A DNA stretch of 64,000 bases from assembly GCA_944383335.1 (NCBI GenBank), contig CALWPD010000003.1, positions 3,498-67,497 on the forward strand, written 5' to 3'. How positions within the stretch are numbered: position 1 is the stretch's first letter; each line of letters starts with the position of its first letter. The stretch comes from an uncultured Clostridia bacterium (GTDB lineage: Bacteria > Bacillota > Clostridia > Christensenellales > UBA1242). Position numbers and translations under genes: made by a program. This document shows, piece by piece, positions 26,927 to 37,216 of the stretch. The notes under the pieces are model-generated. The model worked only from the letters and a program-made list of their open reading frames with translations, was not told the DNA's origin and searched no databases.

Positions 26927-27145
26927 TTATAAGTTTCTAAACAAAATGTAGCCATTGCTATAAATGATGGAGAATATAAGCCAAAGCATAGCAATAAATA
27001 CTAGAATATAGATTATTCTGTTTCCGATGGTTCTTTCAGAGCCAAAAATTGCACTAACTAAGTTAAAATTGAATAGCCCAATAAGGCCCCAGTTTAATCC
27101 ACCGATAGCTAACAGTATAAAGGCAATATAATTTACAACTATCAT
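26927..27145 (-). CDS. DUF378 small membrane protein
   Basis: The GGLNWGLIGLFNFNLVSAIFG signature is typical of DUF378. Confidence 0.8.
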   Translation of the reverse strand: MIVVNYIAFILLAIGGLNWGLIGLFNFNLVSAIFGSERTIGNRIIYILVFIAMLWLIFSIIYSNGYILFRNL

Positions 27146-27203
27146 TTTTTCATCTCCTTTTACACTTATTTTGTGAAAAAAATTTTTTAATATTCAAAAT
27201 TTA

Positions 27204-27252
27204 TTGACTTTTTATTTACAATCAAATAAAATGTAGTTGAATTTTCATTCAA
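27204..27252 (+). promoter_or_regulatory. arsR-family gene promoter plus palindromic operator
   Basis: TTGACT-17 nt-TAAAAT (27204-27232), followed at about the transcription start by the perfect inverted repeat TTGAAT-TTTC-ATTCAA (27237-27252). Confidence 0.55.
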
Positions 27253-27269
27253 TTAAAGGAGTATATAAG

Positions 27270-27632
27270 ATGGGGAAAGCGGAGAAAGGTTGTGATTGCA
27301 GAGTTTTACATGAAGACGTGGTAAAGTTGTTTAAAAGGGGATTTAATCAAAACCCATTACTTTTAAAGCTTGCCAACTTTTTTCATATTCTTAGCGATAA
27401 TACAAGAATTAGTATACTTAGTGTGCTTGACCAAAATGAAATTTGTGTCAGCGACTTATCTTCCATTATGAATATGACCAAAAGTGCGATTTCTCATCAG
27501 CTAAGAGTGTTAAAAGATGCTGGTTTTGTAAAATCTGAAAAAAAAGGCAAGGAAATTTTTTATTCCTATGCCAGTGATGAGGTAAGGGATATTTTTGAGA
27601 TTGCCCTCAATTATATAAGTAAAGACCTATAA
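27270..27632 (+). CDS. ArsR/SmtB-family metalloregulator
   Basis: LSDNTRISILSVL, ICVSDLSSIMNMTKSAISHQLRVLKDAGFV (winged HTH) and an N-terminal GCDC. ATG at 27270 with RBS AAAGGAG is preferred over the TTG at 27237. Confidence 0.82.
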   Translation: MGKAEKGCDCRVLHEDVVKLFKRGFNQNPLLLKLANFFHILSDNTRISILSVLDQNEICVSDLSSIMNMTKSAISHQLRVLKDAGFVKSEKKGKEIFYSYASDEVRDIFEIALNYISKDL

Positions 27633-27681
27633 TATTGACTTGTTTTGTTAAATATGATAAAATTAAATTTAGGGAGTGATT

Positions 27682-27906
27682 ATGGAAAAGTTCTTTAATG
27701 ACATAATTACGGGCATAGCAACCATGAACAACGCTTTGAAAATTACCATTGTGGCATTGCTTGCAATAATTGACATGTTTATTGTAATGGAATTTATAAA
27801 AAATATTTCAAATAAAAGCAATAAACCCAAAATAAAGTTCGTAAATGTTTTGCTTTTTATAATCGTTTCGGGTATTATATTATTGTTTAGTATATATGGA
27901 TTTTAA
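27682..27906 (+). CDS. Small two-helix membrane protein (74 aa)
   Basis: RBS GGGAG and two hydrophobic helices. Function unknown. Confidence 0.45.
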   Translation: MEKFFNDIITGIATMNNALKITIVALLAIIDMFIVMEFIKNISNKSNKPKIKFVNVLLFIIVSGIILLFSIYGF

Positions 27907-27919
27907 TAAAGGAGACAAA

Positions 27920-28237
27920 ATGAAACACTTATCACAAATTTTAACTTCACTTGTACCATATTGGGTTGAGTCATCATTTCCCATTGTAAGAATAGTGCTT
28001 ATTAGCATCACTGTGCTTTGTGCTATAATGCTAATAGTTACAACACTGCTTCAGTCCAATTCAAATGAAGATGGCAGCAATGCTTTAAGTGGGGCTGTGG
28101 GACAGGAAAGTTACTATGCACAAAACAAAGGTGAATCTCGAAATGTAAGACTTTCTCGTGCAACAGTTACACTTATTTCAATAATGGCAATTTGCATTAT
28201 ATTATATTTTGTAAGTTTAATCATTTATCAAGGTTAG
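27920..28237 (+). CDS. secG: Preprotein translocase subunit SecG
   Basis: Two TM helices flank the LLQSNSNEDGSNALSGAVG segment (SecG LLQ.gkg..lsgafg pattern). RBS AAAGGAG. Confidence 0.65.
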   Translation: MKHLSQILTSLVPYWVESSFPIVRIVLISITVLCAIMLIVTTLLQSNSNEDGSNALSGAVGQESYYAQNKGESRNVRLSRATVTLISIMAICIILYFVSLIIYQG

Positions 28238-28455
28238 TTTAAAAGTTATGTTTTCTATTATAGAAAGCTGTTCAAAAACAAGTAAGACGAGGCTGGAAAA
28301 TGCTCAAAAGCGGGAGTTTAGTTCCTTAAATAACTGCTTTTGGGCGTTTTGTAGATAAAAATAAAAAAATTTTGTAAAAATTTTCGGTTGCGAAAGGTTT
28401 TGACAATTTGGGATATGCACTTTGCATATTTTTTGATTGTAATTTGGAGAGTAAG

Positions 28456-30096
28456 ATGAAAAATATTTTTATTGGTGGCGCATGGCCATATGCTAACAAT
28501 TCGTTGCACATAGGACACTTGGCAGCATTGCTTCCGGGTGATGTTATTGCTCGTTTTTTTAGGATGGAAGGCAAAAATGTCATATATGTTTCGGGTTCAG
28601 ATTGCCACGGTACACCTATAACACAAAGAGCTCAAAGTTTGGGAATTTCGCCGGAAGTAATTGCGAAACACTACCATGATGAATTTTTAAAAAATTTTAG
28701 TGATCTTATGTTTACTTATGATGTCTATTCAAACACGATGACACAAAGGCATAAAGAAAATGTTGAAAATATTTTAAAAATAATAAATAGCAAAGGTCTT
28801 TTATATGAAAAGACTGAACTTAATGACTATTGTCCCCATTGTCAGAAGTTTGTTGTTGATAGAGAGATCAGGGGAATTTGTCCGGTGTGTGGAAGTGAGG
28901 CAAATGGCGACCAGTGCGACAAATGTTTAACATCTCTTACGCCTGAAATGCTTAAAGATAAGACCTGTAAAATTTGCGGGACAAAAACTATTTTAAAAGA
29001 AGATACAAATCTATACTTTAAATTATCTGCATTTGAGGATATTATCTTAAAATATTTAAACAAAAACAAACATTCTTGGCGTCCGACAGCGATAAATGAA
29101 ACACAAAAATATTTGAAGCAAGGCCTTGTAGACAGGGCAATAACACGTGCACTTAATTGGGGAATTGAACTTCCTTTTGAGGGCTATCAAGATAAGCGTG
29201 TATATGTTTGGATAGATGCTGTTTTGGGATATCTCACAACTTGTGAGATGGCTTGTGAGAAAAAGGGCATAAAATATCCGCTCTTTTTGCAGTCAAATGA
29301 CACCATTTCATACTATGTTCACGGCAAAGATAATATAGTGTTCCATACCATCATTTTGCCAGCACTTTTGGATGCTATTGATAAGGATTTGAATAAGCCC
29401 GAGATGATAGTTTCATGTGAGTATGTGAATCTCAACAATGATAAAATGAGTAAAAGCAAGGGAAATCTTATCACAGTCAATACACTTCTTGCAAACTTCG
29501 ATTCGGACAGTATAAGATATTTCTTTATACTTAATAATCCAGAAAAAAAAGATTGTTCCTTTAGTTTGGAAGATTTTATACTCATTCACAACAAACATAT
29601 AGTTGGTGGTTTTGGAAATTTTGCTAACCGAAATCTTGCGTTTTTGGAGAAGAAATTTGAAGGAAAATTACCAAAAATAGATTTAGATGATGAAATTGTA
29701 AAATATGTTAACGACACATATGTTGAAATTGGAAAATTGTTTGAATCAGGCGAGCTTAAAACTGCTTGCACAAAACTTTATGATTATATTCAGTTCGCAA
29801 ATAAGTATTATGATACAAACACTCCTTGGACTTATGCTAAAACCGATATTGAAAAGTTTGATAAAATAACTTCTAATTGTCTATATTTAATGGCAAATAT
29901 GGCAAATCTTTACAGTCCAATTATGCCAAAGGGTTGTCAAAAACTTAAAGATATACTTGGAGTGGCGCAAAGCACATGGAATCCGGTTTGTTATGATGAA
30001 AACAAACTGTTGGAAAATATTCAAGTACTTTATCAAAGACTCAAATTTGAAGATATAGATATGACAAAGGGCGCTCAAGATACACTAAATATATAA
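28456..30096 (+). CDS. metG: Methionyl-tRNA synthetase (short form)
   Basis: AWPYANNSLHIGH (HIGH), zinc knuckles CPHC...CPVCG...CDKC...CKICG, and KMSKSKGN. Confidence 0.92.
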   Translation: MKNIFIGGAWPYANNSLHIGHLAALLPGDVIARFFRMEGKNVIYVSGSDCHGTPITQRAQSLGISPEVIAKHYHDEFLKNFSDLMFTYDVYSNTMTQRHKENVENILKIINSKGLLYEKTELNDYCPHCQKFVVDREIRGICPVCGSEANGDQCDKCLTSLTPEMLKDKTCKICGTKTILKEDTNLYFKLSAFEDIILKYLNKNKHSWRPTAINETQKYLKQGLVDRAITRALNWGIELPFEGYQDKRVYVWIDAVLGYLTTCEMACEKKGIKYPLFLQSNDTISYYVHGKDNIVFHTIILPALLDAIDKDLNKPEMIVSCEYVNLNNDKMSKSKGNLITVNTLLANFDSDSIRYFFILNNPEKKDCSFSLEDFILIHNKHIVGGFGNFANRNLAFLEKKFEGKLPKIDLDDEIVKYVNDTYVEIGKLFESGELKTACTKLYDYIQFANKYYDTNTPWTYAKTDIEKFDKITSNCLYLMANMANLYSPIMPKGCQKLKDILGVAQSTWNPVCYDENKLLENIQVLYQRLKFEDIDMTKGAQDTLNI

Positions 30097-30118
30097 AACA
30101 GGGTACTCCTGTTTTTTT
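30097..30118 (+). terminator. Rho-independent terminator after metG
   Basis: Stem ACAGG/CCTGT, loop GTACT, then T7. Confidence 0.65.
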
Positions 30119-30154
30119 ATTGCGATAGTGTATATGATATGATATATTATTTAC

Positions 30155-31405
30155 ATGATAGTCAATATATTGAGATATGGAAATAATGGTGAAGGAATTG
30201 CGCAAAAAGACGGCAAGATTATTTTTATTGATGGTGCATTACAAAGCGAGATTGTGGATATAACCATAACACAGGAAAATGTAAGTTTTTGTAAAGCAAA
30301 AATAAATAAGGTAATAATGCCGAGTCCAAACCGAGTAAAGCCACCATGTCCTTATTTTGGAAAGTGTGGTGGCTGTCAATTACAGCATATAAACTATTTA
30401 GAACAATTAAGATTAAAATCAATAAAAATCAGAGGAAACTTAAAAAAATATGCCAATTTTGATGGAGATTGCGAAATAAAATCAAGTAATTTTCAATATA
30501 ATTATAGAAATCATATGCGTTTTGCTGTTGTAGACAATAAACTTTGTTTGCATAAAAATAAGAGTAAAGAGTGTGTGATTGTTAACTATTGCCACATTGC
30601 TTGTGATGCTATAAATTGTTGTATTGAGCCAATTAATGAATTTTTATCAATTAATAAATTGGAGATAGATGAAGTAGATATAAAATCAATAAAAAACCAA
30701 ATAATTATTACGTTTATTTCAAAAACTGATGTAAAGCACATAAAAATTTCATATTTAGAAGATATTTTAAGTCCATTTTTTACTTATGGATTTTACATAT
30801 TTAATAAACAAACTAATCAATTAAATCATCTTAAAGGAATAAAGAAAATTGAATATCAAGACGAAATTACATGTTTTATAAGTCCTTTGAGTTTTTTGCA
30901 AGTCAATAATGAAGTTGCAAGAATGTTGTATAACGATGTTCGCGACATTGTACAAAATGAAGTTGTAGTCGATGCTTTTTGTGGTAGAGGTACACTTAGT
31001 TGTAAACTTGCAAAAAAAGCAAAAAAAGTATATGGGATTGAAATAGAGAAATCTTCAGTTTCGGATGCAATGGATATCCAGAGAATTAATAATATTCAAA
31101 ATGTGCAGTTTATTTTGGGAGATTCTGGCGAAGTGCTATCAAACCTTTATGAAAAGTTTGATTGTCTTGTACTTGATCCGCCTAGAGGTGGAGTGCAAAG
31201 ATCGGTTATTTCAAATATATTAAATATAAAACCTAAAAAAATAGTTTATATTTCTTGTGCATCCAATACGCTTGCTAGGGATTTAAAAGAGTTATTGAAT
31301 ATTTATACGATTAAGAACATTAAAGCTTATGATATGTTTCCACAAACTGATGAAGTGGAAACTGTGGTAATTATGGAGAAAATAGATGAAAAAAATTCAA
31401 AATGA
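30155..31405 (+). CDS. 23S rRNA (uracil-5)-methyltransferase RumA/RlmD family
   Basis: N-terminal TRAM-like segment, 4Fe-4S Cys cluster CPYFGKCGGCQLQH, LDPPRGG, and catalytic ISCASNTLARD. Confidence 0.85.
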   Translation: MIVNILRYGNNGEGIAQKDGKIIFIDGALQSEIVDITITQENVSFCKAKINKVIMPSPNRVKPPCPYFGKCGGCQLQHINYLEQLRLKSIKIRGNLKKYANFDGDCEIKSSNFQYNYRNHMRFAVVDNKLCLHKNKSKECVIVNYCHIACDAINCCIEPINEFLSINKLEIDEVDIKSIKNQIIITFISKTDVKHIKISYLEDILSPFFTYGFYIFNKQTNQLNHLKGIKKIEYQDEITCFISPLSFLQVNNEVARMLYNDVRDIVQNEVVVDAFCGRGTLSCKLAKKAKKVYGIEIEKSSVSDAMDIQRINNIQNVQFILGDSGEVLSNLYEKFDCLVLDPPRGGVQRSVISNILNIKPKKIVYISCASNTLARDLKELLNIYTIKNIKAYDMFPQTDEVETVVIMEKIDEKNSK

Positions 31406-31547
31406 TAAAAAAAACAATAAAAAATTTAAAGAGTTGTATTATTCTTATTATGACGATATTAAAGACAATTCAAAATATAGCCGAGAAGACTGGTAAATAA
31501 ATATAAATTTTAATGCATATTTATTCATATTTAATAGTGGAGAATAT

Positions 31548-32231
31548 ATGGAAGAGTTTAAAAAGTTGATAAACCTTATAGGGGAAGAAAGTTTCAATAA
31601 AATGCAAAATATGAGTGTAATAGTTTTTGGTATTGGTGGAGTAGGTGGATATGTTGCTGAAGCACTTGCAAGATCTGGTATAGGGAAATTGACACTGGTT
31701 GATTTTGATAAAATTGAAAAAAGTAATATTAATCGTCAAATTATTGCACTAAATAGCACAGTTGGAAAATATAAAGTGGATATAATGGAAAAAAGAATTA
31801 GTGATATAAATCCAAATTGTTATGTTGAAACATTATGCAAAAGAATAGACGACACCAATGTAGATGAAATAGATTTTAAAAAATACGATTATGTTGTAGA
31901 CGCTATAGATATGGTTTCGTCAAAATTGGCAATAATTAGAAAATCAAAAAAGTCTAACGTTGAGATTATTTCTTGTATGGGAACCGGAAATAAATTGGAT
32001 CCTTCAAAGTTGGAGATTGCTGATATTGCAAATACTTCTGTTTGTCCACTTGCTCGTGTTATGCGCAAACTTTTAAAAGAAGAGGGAATTAAAAATGTAA
32101 AAGTTATTTATTCAAAAGAAATTCCTAAAGCGAACGTAATAGAACATAAACCACAAAGTGCCATATTTGTTCCAGCAGTGGCTGGACTTATGATCGCTAA
32201 TTATATTTTTAGAATATTAATGGAGAAATGA
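31548..32231 (+). CDS. tcdA: ThiF/HesA-family tRNA threonylcarbamoyladenosine dehydratase (TcdA-like)
   Basis: VFGIGGVGGYVAEALARSGIGKLTLVDFDKIEKSNINRQ (E1-like nucleotide-binding fold). Confidence 0.75.
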   Translation: MEEFKKLINLIGEESFNKMQNMSVIVFGIGGVGGYVAEALARSGIGKLTLVDFDKIEKSNINRQIIALNSTVGKYKVDIMEKRISDINPNCYVETLCKRIDDTNVDEIDFKKYDYVVDAIDMVSSKLAIIRKSKKSNVEIISCMGTGNKLDPSKLEIADIANTSVCPLARVMRKLLKEEGIKNVKVIYSKEIPKANVIEHKPQSAIFVPAVAGLMIANYIFRILMEK

Positions 32232-33043
32232 TGAAAGATGATGAAATTATGCACAGCATAACAAAAAAATTTAAAAAAACTATATATAAACGGTTTATTC
32301 ATGCAGTTGATCGGTATAAACTCATTCAGGAAGGAGATAAAATTGCTATTTGCATCTCTGGTGGAAAGGATAGTTTTTTGCTTGCGAAATGTATGCAACT
32401 TTTAAAAATTCACTGGAATAAACATTTTGAAATAAAATTCATTTGTATGGATCCAGGCTATTTGCCAGAGAACAAAAAATTAATTGTAGAAAATGCCAAA
32501 AATATGGGTATAGACTTGCAAATTTTTGAAAGTCCAATTTTTGAAGTTGTAAAAGATGTAGAAAAATCAGCTTGTTATCTTTGTGCAAGGATGAGAAGGG
32601 GATATCTATACGAATTTGCCAAAAGTCTTGGTTGTAATAAAATTGCGCTTGGACATCATTTTGATGATGCCATAGAAACGACACTTTTAAGTATGTTTTA
32701 TGGTGGACAATTCAAAACTATGATGCCAAAACTCAAAAGTACAAACCACAAAGGTATGGAACTTATTCGTCCGCTTTATATGGTTCGTGAAGAAGATATA
32801 ATACATTGGGTCAATTACAATAATCTTAAATTTTTAAACTGTGCTTGCAAACTGACACAAGGCGTAAGTGTTGGAAAACTTAGTTCAAAACGAAAAGAGA
32901 TTAAGGCTTTAATATCCACTTTAAAACAAACAATTCCTGCAGTGGACAATAACATTTTTAAAAGCTTGGACGCCGTCTGTCTTGACACCATTATTGGCTA
33001 CATAAAAGGTCAAGAATATCATAGTTTTTTGGATGAATACTAA
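32228..33043 (+). CDS. ttcA: PP-loop ATPase, TtcA-like tRNA 2-thiocytidine synthetase
   Basis: SGGKDS PP-loop, CYLCARMRRG and LGHHFDD. Confidence 0.8.
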   Translation: MMKDDEIMHSITKKFKKTIYKRFIHAVDRYKLIQEGDKIAICISGGKDSFLLAKCMQLLKIHWNKHFEIKFICMDPGYLPENKKLIVENAKNMGIDLQIFESPIFEVVKDVEKSACYLCARMRRGYLYEFAKSLGCNKIALGHHFDDAIETTLLSMFYGGQFKTMMPKLKSTNHKGMELIRPLYMVREEDIIHWVNYNNLKFLNCACKLTQGVSVGKLSSKRKEIKALISTLKQTIPAVDNNIFKSLDAVCLDTIIGYIKGQEYHSFLDEY

Positions 33044-33564
33044 AATTTTATACTCAATTTTAAAAATAGATAATCGTTCAATATTTCGTTCAGCATCTTA
33101 AGTTTTTCCTCTTCAGTACCTTTGTTTTCAAACAAAATATGAGATGCACCATATATAAAAAATGATATATAAAGTTGTTTTTTTGTTGTATTTATTGTAC
33201 TTTCGTATTCTTTAAAGAGTTTTTTTTCACATTTATTTATAAGGATATCAAATCGATTTTTAAAAAGGATGATAATTTCTTTACAATTAAATGAATTATA
33301 TATTTGATAAATTAGTTGCTGTGAATTTAACAGTGCTCCACTATATTTTGGCAATATTTTAAATTTTTCTTCTATAATCTTATTTTCAAGATAGTCTGAA
33401 AGGGCATAGATATCAGGGAAATAATTGTAAAAAGTTGTTTTGTTTATCATTGCTTTTTCGCATAAAGTTTTTACTTTAATTTGTTCTAGTTGATTTGTGG
33501 CTCTGAGTTCATAAAAAGCCTTTTCAATCGACATTAAAGTCCTTTTAACTCTTAAATCTTTCAT
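33040..33564 (-). CDS. TetR-family transcriptional regulator
   Basis: N-terminal HTH (IKVKTLCEKAMINKTTFYNYF). Divergent from the ABC transporter genes. Confidence 0.8.
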   Translation of the reverse strand: MKDLRVKRTLMSIEKAFYELRATNQLEQIKVKTLCEKAMINKTTFYNYFPDIYALSDYLENKIIEEKFKILPKYSGALLNSQQLIYQIYNSFNCKEIIILFKNRFDILINKCEKKLFKEYESTINTTKKQLYISFFIYGASHILFENKGTEEEKLKMLNEILNDYLFLKLSIKF

Positions 33565-33639
33565 AATATTTTCTCCTTTTTCAACTATTTTTTAACATAG
33601 TTGCAAAACCAACGCATACAAATAACTGTGGTTGTTTAT

Positions 33640-33668
33640 TTGACACAAGTTTGATATAAATATATTAT
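33640..33668 (+). promoter_or_regulatory. Promoter of the ABC transporter operon
   Basis: TTGACA-17 nt-TATTAT in the TetR/ABC divergent region. Confidence 0.55.
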
Positions 33669-33708
33669 CATAACCAAAATTTATTTTGCAACAAAAGGAG
33701 AGCAAACT

Positions 33709-34410
33709 ATGAGTTTTTTAAAACTTGAACATGTAAAAAAAATTTATACTTCAGAAGCGGGAAATTTTTGTGCACTTGATGATATAAATTTTGAGTTAGA
33801 AAAAGGCAAATTCGTTGTAATACTTGGCCCGAGCGGTGCTGGTAAGACCACACTATTAAATCTTCTTGGTGGAATGGACAACGCAACCGAAGGTGAGATA
33901 TTTGTAAACAACAAAGATATAGCTAGATACGACAAAAAACAGCTTACGCTATATAGGCGTGAAGATGTTGGTTTTGTATTTCAGTTTTATAATCTTATGC
34001 CAAACCTAACAGCACTTGAAAATGTTGAACTTGCAACTGAGATATGCAAAAATGCTTTGAATCCACAAAAAGTGCTTGAGTCTGTGGGATTGGGTGAAAG
34101 ATTAAAATATTTTCCTGCACAACTTAGTGGGGGAGAACAACAACGCGTTTCCATAGCAAGAGCAATAGCAAAAAATGCTCAAATTTTGCTTTGTGATGAG
34201 CCAACTGGTGCATTAGATTATAATACGGGGAAAAATGTTTTAAAATTACTGTATGAAGTATCTAAATCTCAAAATAAACTTGTGATAGTTGTTACACATA
34301 ATCAAGCATTAAAGGATATGGCCGATGAGGTAATAAGTATAAAAAATGGCAAGATAGAAAACATTGTCGAGAACAAAAACCCAAAGCCAATTATGGAGAT
34401 TGAATGGTAA
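33709..34410 (+). CDS. ABC transporter ATP-binding protein (MacB/LolD-like)
   Basis: Walker A GPSGAGKTT, signature LSGGEQQR and Walker B ILLCDEP. Confidence 0.92.
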   Translation: MSFLKLEHVKKIYTSEAGNFCALDDINFELEKGKFVVILGPSGAGKTTLLNLLGGMDNATEGEIFVNNKDIARYDKKQLTLYRREDVGFVFQFYNLMPNLTALENVELATEICKNALNPQKVLESVGLGERLKYFPAQLSGGEQQRVSIARAIAKNAQILLCDEPTGALDYNTGKNVLKLLYEVSKSQNKLVIVVTHNQALKDMADEVISIKNGKIENIVENKNPKPIMEIEW

Positions 34411-36173
34411 TGAAAAAATATGATAAAACCATATTGAGACTTTTCAAAAGCCAAATAACTCGCTTTTTGACACTTGTTCTAATGTTATTTATAAGTGTCA
34501 GTTTTATGACGGGTATAGGAGAGAGTCAAAGCAAAATTCAACGCTCCGTTACGCAGTATTATCAAACTCAAAATATTCCAGATTTAATTTTAAAAAGCCA
34601 TAGCCAAACGGGATTTACTCAAGAACAAATAAATTTATTAAAGTCTACATATGGTGATGAAAATGTGATGCCTCTTTTTAGTTTGGATTTGCAGTTTGAT
34701 GAGAATGTTTATAGAGTTTACCAATATGATATTAAAAATTCTGACATAAATACGTTAGATATTATAGATGGACATTATCCACAAAGCGCAACCGAAATTA
34801 TGGTTGAAAGGGGAAAAGATAAATTAAAATCATATAATGTTGGCGACACTGTACAATTATTTGGTCAAACTTTTACGATTAGTGGAGTTGTTCAAAACCC
34901 ATTGCTTATAAACAAATATGCTGAACCAAGTACTATTTTGAACGAAAGTCTTGACTATGTTGTGTATTTCTCTCAACTTACAGCATTGCCATTTGTAAAC
35001 ACTGATATTTACATCACAATAACAGACAGAGACCTTTTTAACCACTACTCTAGAAATTATGAAAATTATATAAACGAACAGGTAACACTTCTTGAAAACG
35101 AAAACATCACAGTATTAACGCTATACCAAAACTATGGGCTTTATTCTTTAAATGAATATGCAATAAAAGTTGGCAACATTGGTGCTATATTTTCTGTGTT
35201 CTTTATGCTTGTAACTGTGCTTGTTGTTTTCTCTACTATGACACGACTATTTGATGAAGAGCGTTCGCAAATAGCATGCCTTAAAACTCTTGGATATTCA
35301 AATTTTAAAATCATAAGCAAATATGTTCTTTTTGTTTTTCTTGCTACAGTGATAGGTGGGCTTTGTGCTTTTGGAATTGGAACCTGGCTTACTGATGTAT
35401 TATATTCAACTTTCAGCATTCAGTTTGTTATGCCACCAAGCATTCAAGGGGCAACCTTTATTAGATATATAATAATAATTGCAATTTATATTATTGCCAC
35501 ACTTTTAGTTACTATTTTAACGGGACTTCATATTACCAAAAACAAACCTGCAACTTTGCTTTTGCCTAAGTCGCCACCACCTGGAAGGCGAACAATTCTT
35601 GAAAGAATACCATTTATTTGGAATAAGCTTAGTTTTAAATATAAATCGAGTTTTAGAAATGTATTTTTGTTTAGAAGTAGATTTTTTATGACACTAATTT
35701 CAATTATAGGTGCCACAATTTTGGTTTTTGCCGGACTTGGACTTCTAGATTGTGCTATTGCACAGGGAGAACTTGGTTCAATTATATACATTTCAGTGTT
35801 CTTGATTGTGTTTGCCGCGCTGCTGTGCGCTTTAGTAATATACAATCTTTCAAATATAAACATAAGTGAAAGGCGTAGAGAGATTGCTACATTAATGGTG
35901 CTAGGTTATACAAATCGTGAAGTTACGGGATACATTTTTCGTGAGATTTATATACTTAGCATAATATCGGCAATACTTGGTGTTCCACTTGGCGTTGGAT
36001 TTTTATATTTTCTTTTTAGTTATATTTCATTTGGCTCAATTACAACAGTTAACTGGTGGTCATATATTTTAGCACCGCTTGCAACTATTTTCTTTACATT
36101 TTTATCTACTTTGCTGTTAAGACGAAAAATTACTAAAACAGATATGAATGCTTCACTTAAATCTGTGGAATAA
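34410..36173 (+). CDS. FtsX-family ABC permease (two FtsX-like halves)
   Basis: TAATG stop/start overlap with the ATPase gene. 588 aa with repeated 4-TM FtsX-type blocks. Confidence 0.82.
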   Translation: MKKYDKTILRLFKSQITRFLTLVLMLFISVSFMTGIGESQSKIQRSVTQYYQTQNIPDLILKSHSQTGFTQEQINLLKSTYGDENVMPLFSLDLQFDENVYRVYQYDIKNSDINTLDIIDGHYPQSATEIMVERGKDKLKSYNVGDTVQLFGQTFTISGVVQNPLLINKYAEPSTILNESLDYVVYFSQLTALPFVNTDIYITITDRDLFNHYSRNYENYINEQVTLLENENITVLTLYQNYGLYSLNEYAIKVGNIGAIFSVFFMLVTVLVVFSTMTRLFDEERSQIACLKTLGYSNFKIISKYVLFVFLATVIGGLCAFGIGTWLTDVLYSTFSIQFVMPPSIQGATFIRYIIIIAIYIIATLLVTILTGLHITKNKPATLLLPKSPPPGRRTILERIPFIWNKLSFKYKSSFRNVFLFRSRFFMTLISIIGATILVFAGLGLLDCAIAQGELGSIIYISVFLIVFAALLCALVIYNLSNINISERRREIATLMVLGYTNREVTGYIFREIYILSIISAILGVPLGVGFLYFLFSYISFGSITTVNWWSYILAPLATIFFTFLSTLLLRRKITKTDMNASLKSVE

Positions 36174-36220
36174 CTTGACTTTTTGTTGATAGAATTGTAA
36201 TGTATATTTTAGGAGATAAA

Positions 36221-37216
36221 ATGAAGAGAATACTTACTGGAGTGAAACCAACAGGAATTGCACATCTTGGCAACTATTTTGGAGCAATAAAACCTGCAAT
36301 AGAATTAAGCAAAAATAAAGATTATGAATGTTATTATTTTATTGCAGACTATCATGCTTTAACAACGGTACAAAACAAAGAAGATCTTTACGAATATACT
36401 TATCATATTGCATGTACATGGCTTGCTTGTGGACTTGATCCAAACCATGTAGTGATGTATAAACAGTCCGATGTTCCCGAAACTTTTGAGCTTTCTACGA
36501 TACTTTCAAATCTCACACCAAAGGGGCTTATGAATAGGGCACATGCATACAAAGCAAAAGTTGAAGCAAATGAAAAAATAGGTGAAGATAAAGATTTTGG
36601 CGTAAATATGGGGTTATATTGTTATCCAATTCTTATGACAGCGGACATACTTCTTCTTGATTCTGACTATGTACCAGTTGGAATTGATCAAAAACAGCAC
36701 ATAGAAATTGCTCGCGATGTTGCATCATATTTTAATAAAAAATATGGGGATACATTTGCATTGCCACAGGAATTAATTTCTGAAAATGTTGGTGCGCTTG
36801 TTGGGCTTGATGGAAGAAAAATGAGTAAAAGTTATGGTAATACCATCCCCATTTTTGCTGATGAAACAAAATTAAAAAAGCTAGTTAATAAGATAGTTAC
36901 TGACAGCACTTTACCAAATGAACCGAAAAGTTTAGATAATACAATATTTAAACTCTATAAACTTTTTGGCACAGAAGAACAAACACAACAGTTTGCACAA
37001 AAACTCAAAACGGGCATATCTTGGGGAGAAGCCAAATCAGAACTTTTCACACTTATGAATAATTATTTGTCGCCAATGCGAGAAAGATATAACTATCTTC
37101 AAAGTCATAGGAAAGTGGTTGATGAAATTTTAAGAAATGGTGCAATTAAAGCACGGAACTTGGCAAAGCAAACCATGCAAAGAGTTCGCAATGCAATAGG
37201 TGTTGTTAAGATATAA
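36221..37216 (+). CDS. trpS: Tryptophanyl-tRNA synthetase
   Basis: GVKPTGIAHLGNY (HIGH-type) and KMSKS. RBS AGGAG precedes the ATG at 36221. Confidence 0.93.
   Translation: MKRILTGVKPTGIAHLGNYFGAIKPAIELSKNKDYECYYFIADYHALTTVQNKEDLYEYTYHIACTWLACGLDPNHVVMYKQSDVPETFELSTILSNLTPKGLMNRAHAYKAKVEANEKIGEDKDFGVNMGLYCYPILMTADILLLDSDYVPVGIDQKQHIEIARDVASYFNKKYGDTFALPQELISENVGALVGLDGRKMSKSYGNTIPIFADETKLKKLVNKIVTDSTLPNEPKSLDNTIFKLYKLFGTEEQTQQFAQKLKTGISWGEAKSELFTLMNNYLSPMRERYNYLQSHRKVVDEILRNGAIKARNLAKQTMQRVRNAIGVVKI

Noticed and set aside
28238-28455. T-box riboswitch upstream of metG (the longest synthetase leader region)
   Set aside because: There is no T-box core (AGGGTGGNACCGCG-like) or specifier/antiterminator arrangement. 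A TTGACA promoter sits only about 50 nt before the start codon, and the upstream part looks like the secG terminator.
31402-31500. 32-aa ORF (MIKKTIKNLKSCIILIMTILKTIQNIAEKTGK) overlapping the rRNA methyltransferase stop by ATGA
   Set aside because: The coupling-like overlap is suggestive, but the ORF is very short and A/T-codon driven, with no independent support. It cannot be distinguished from chance without ribosome profiling.
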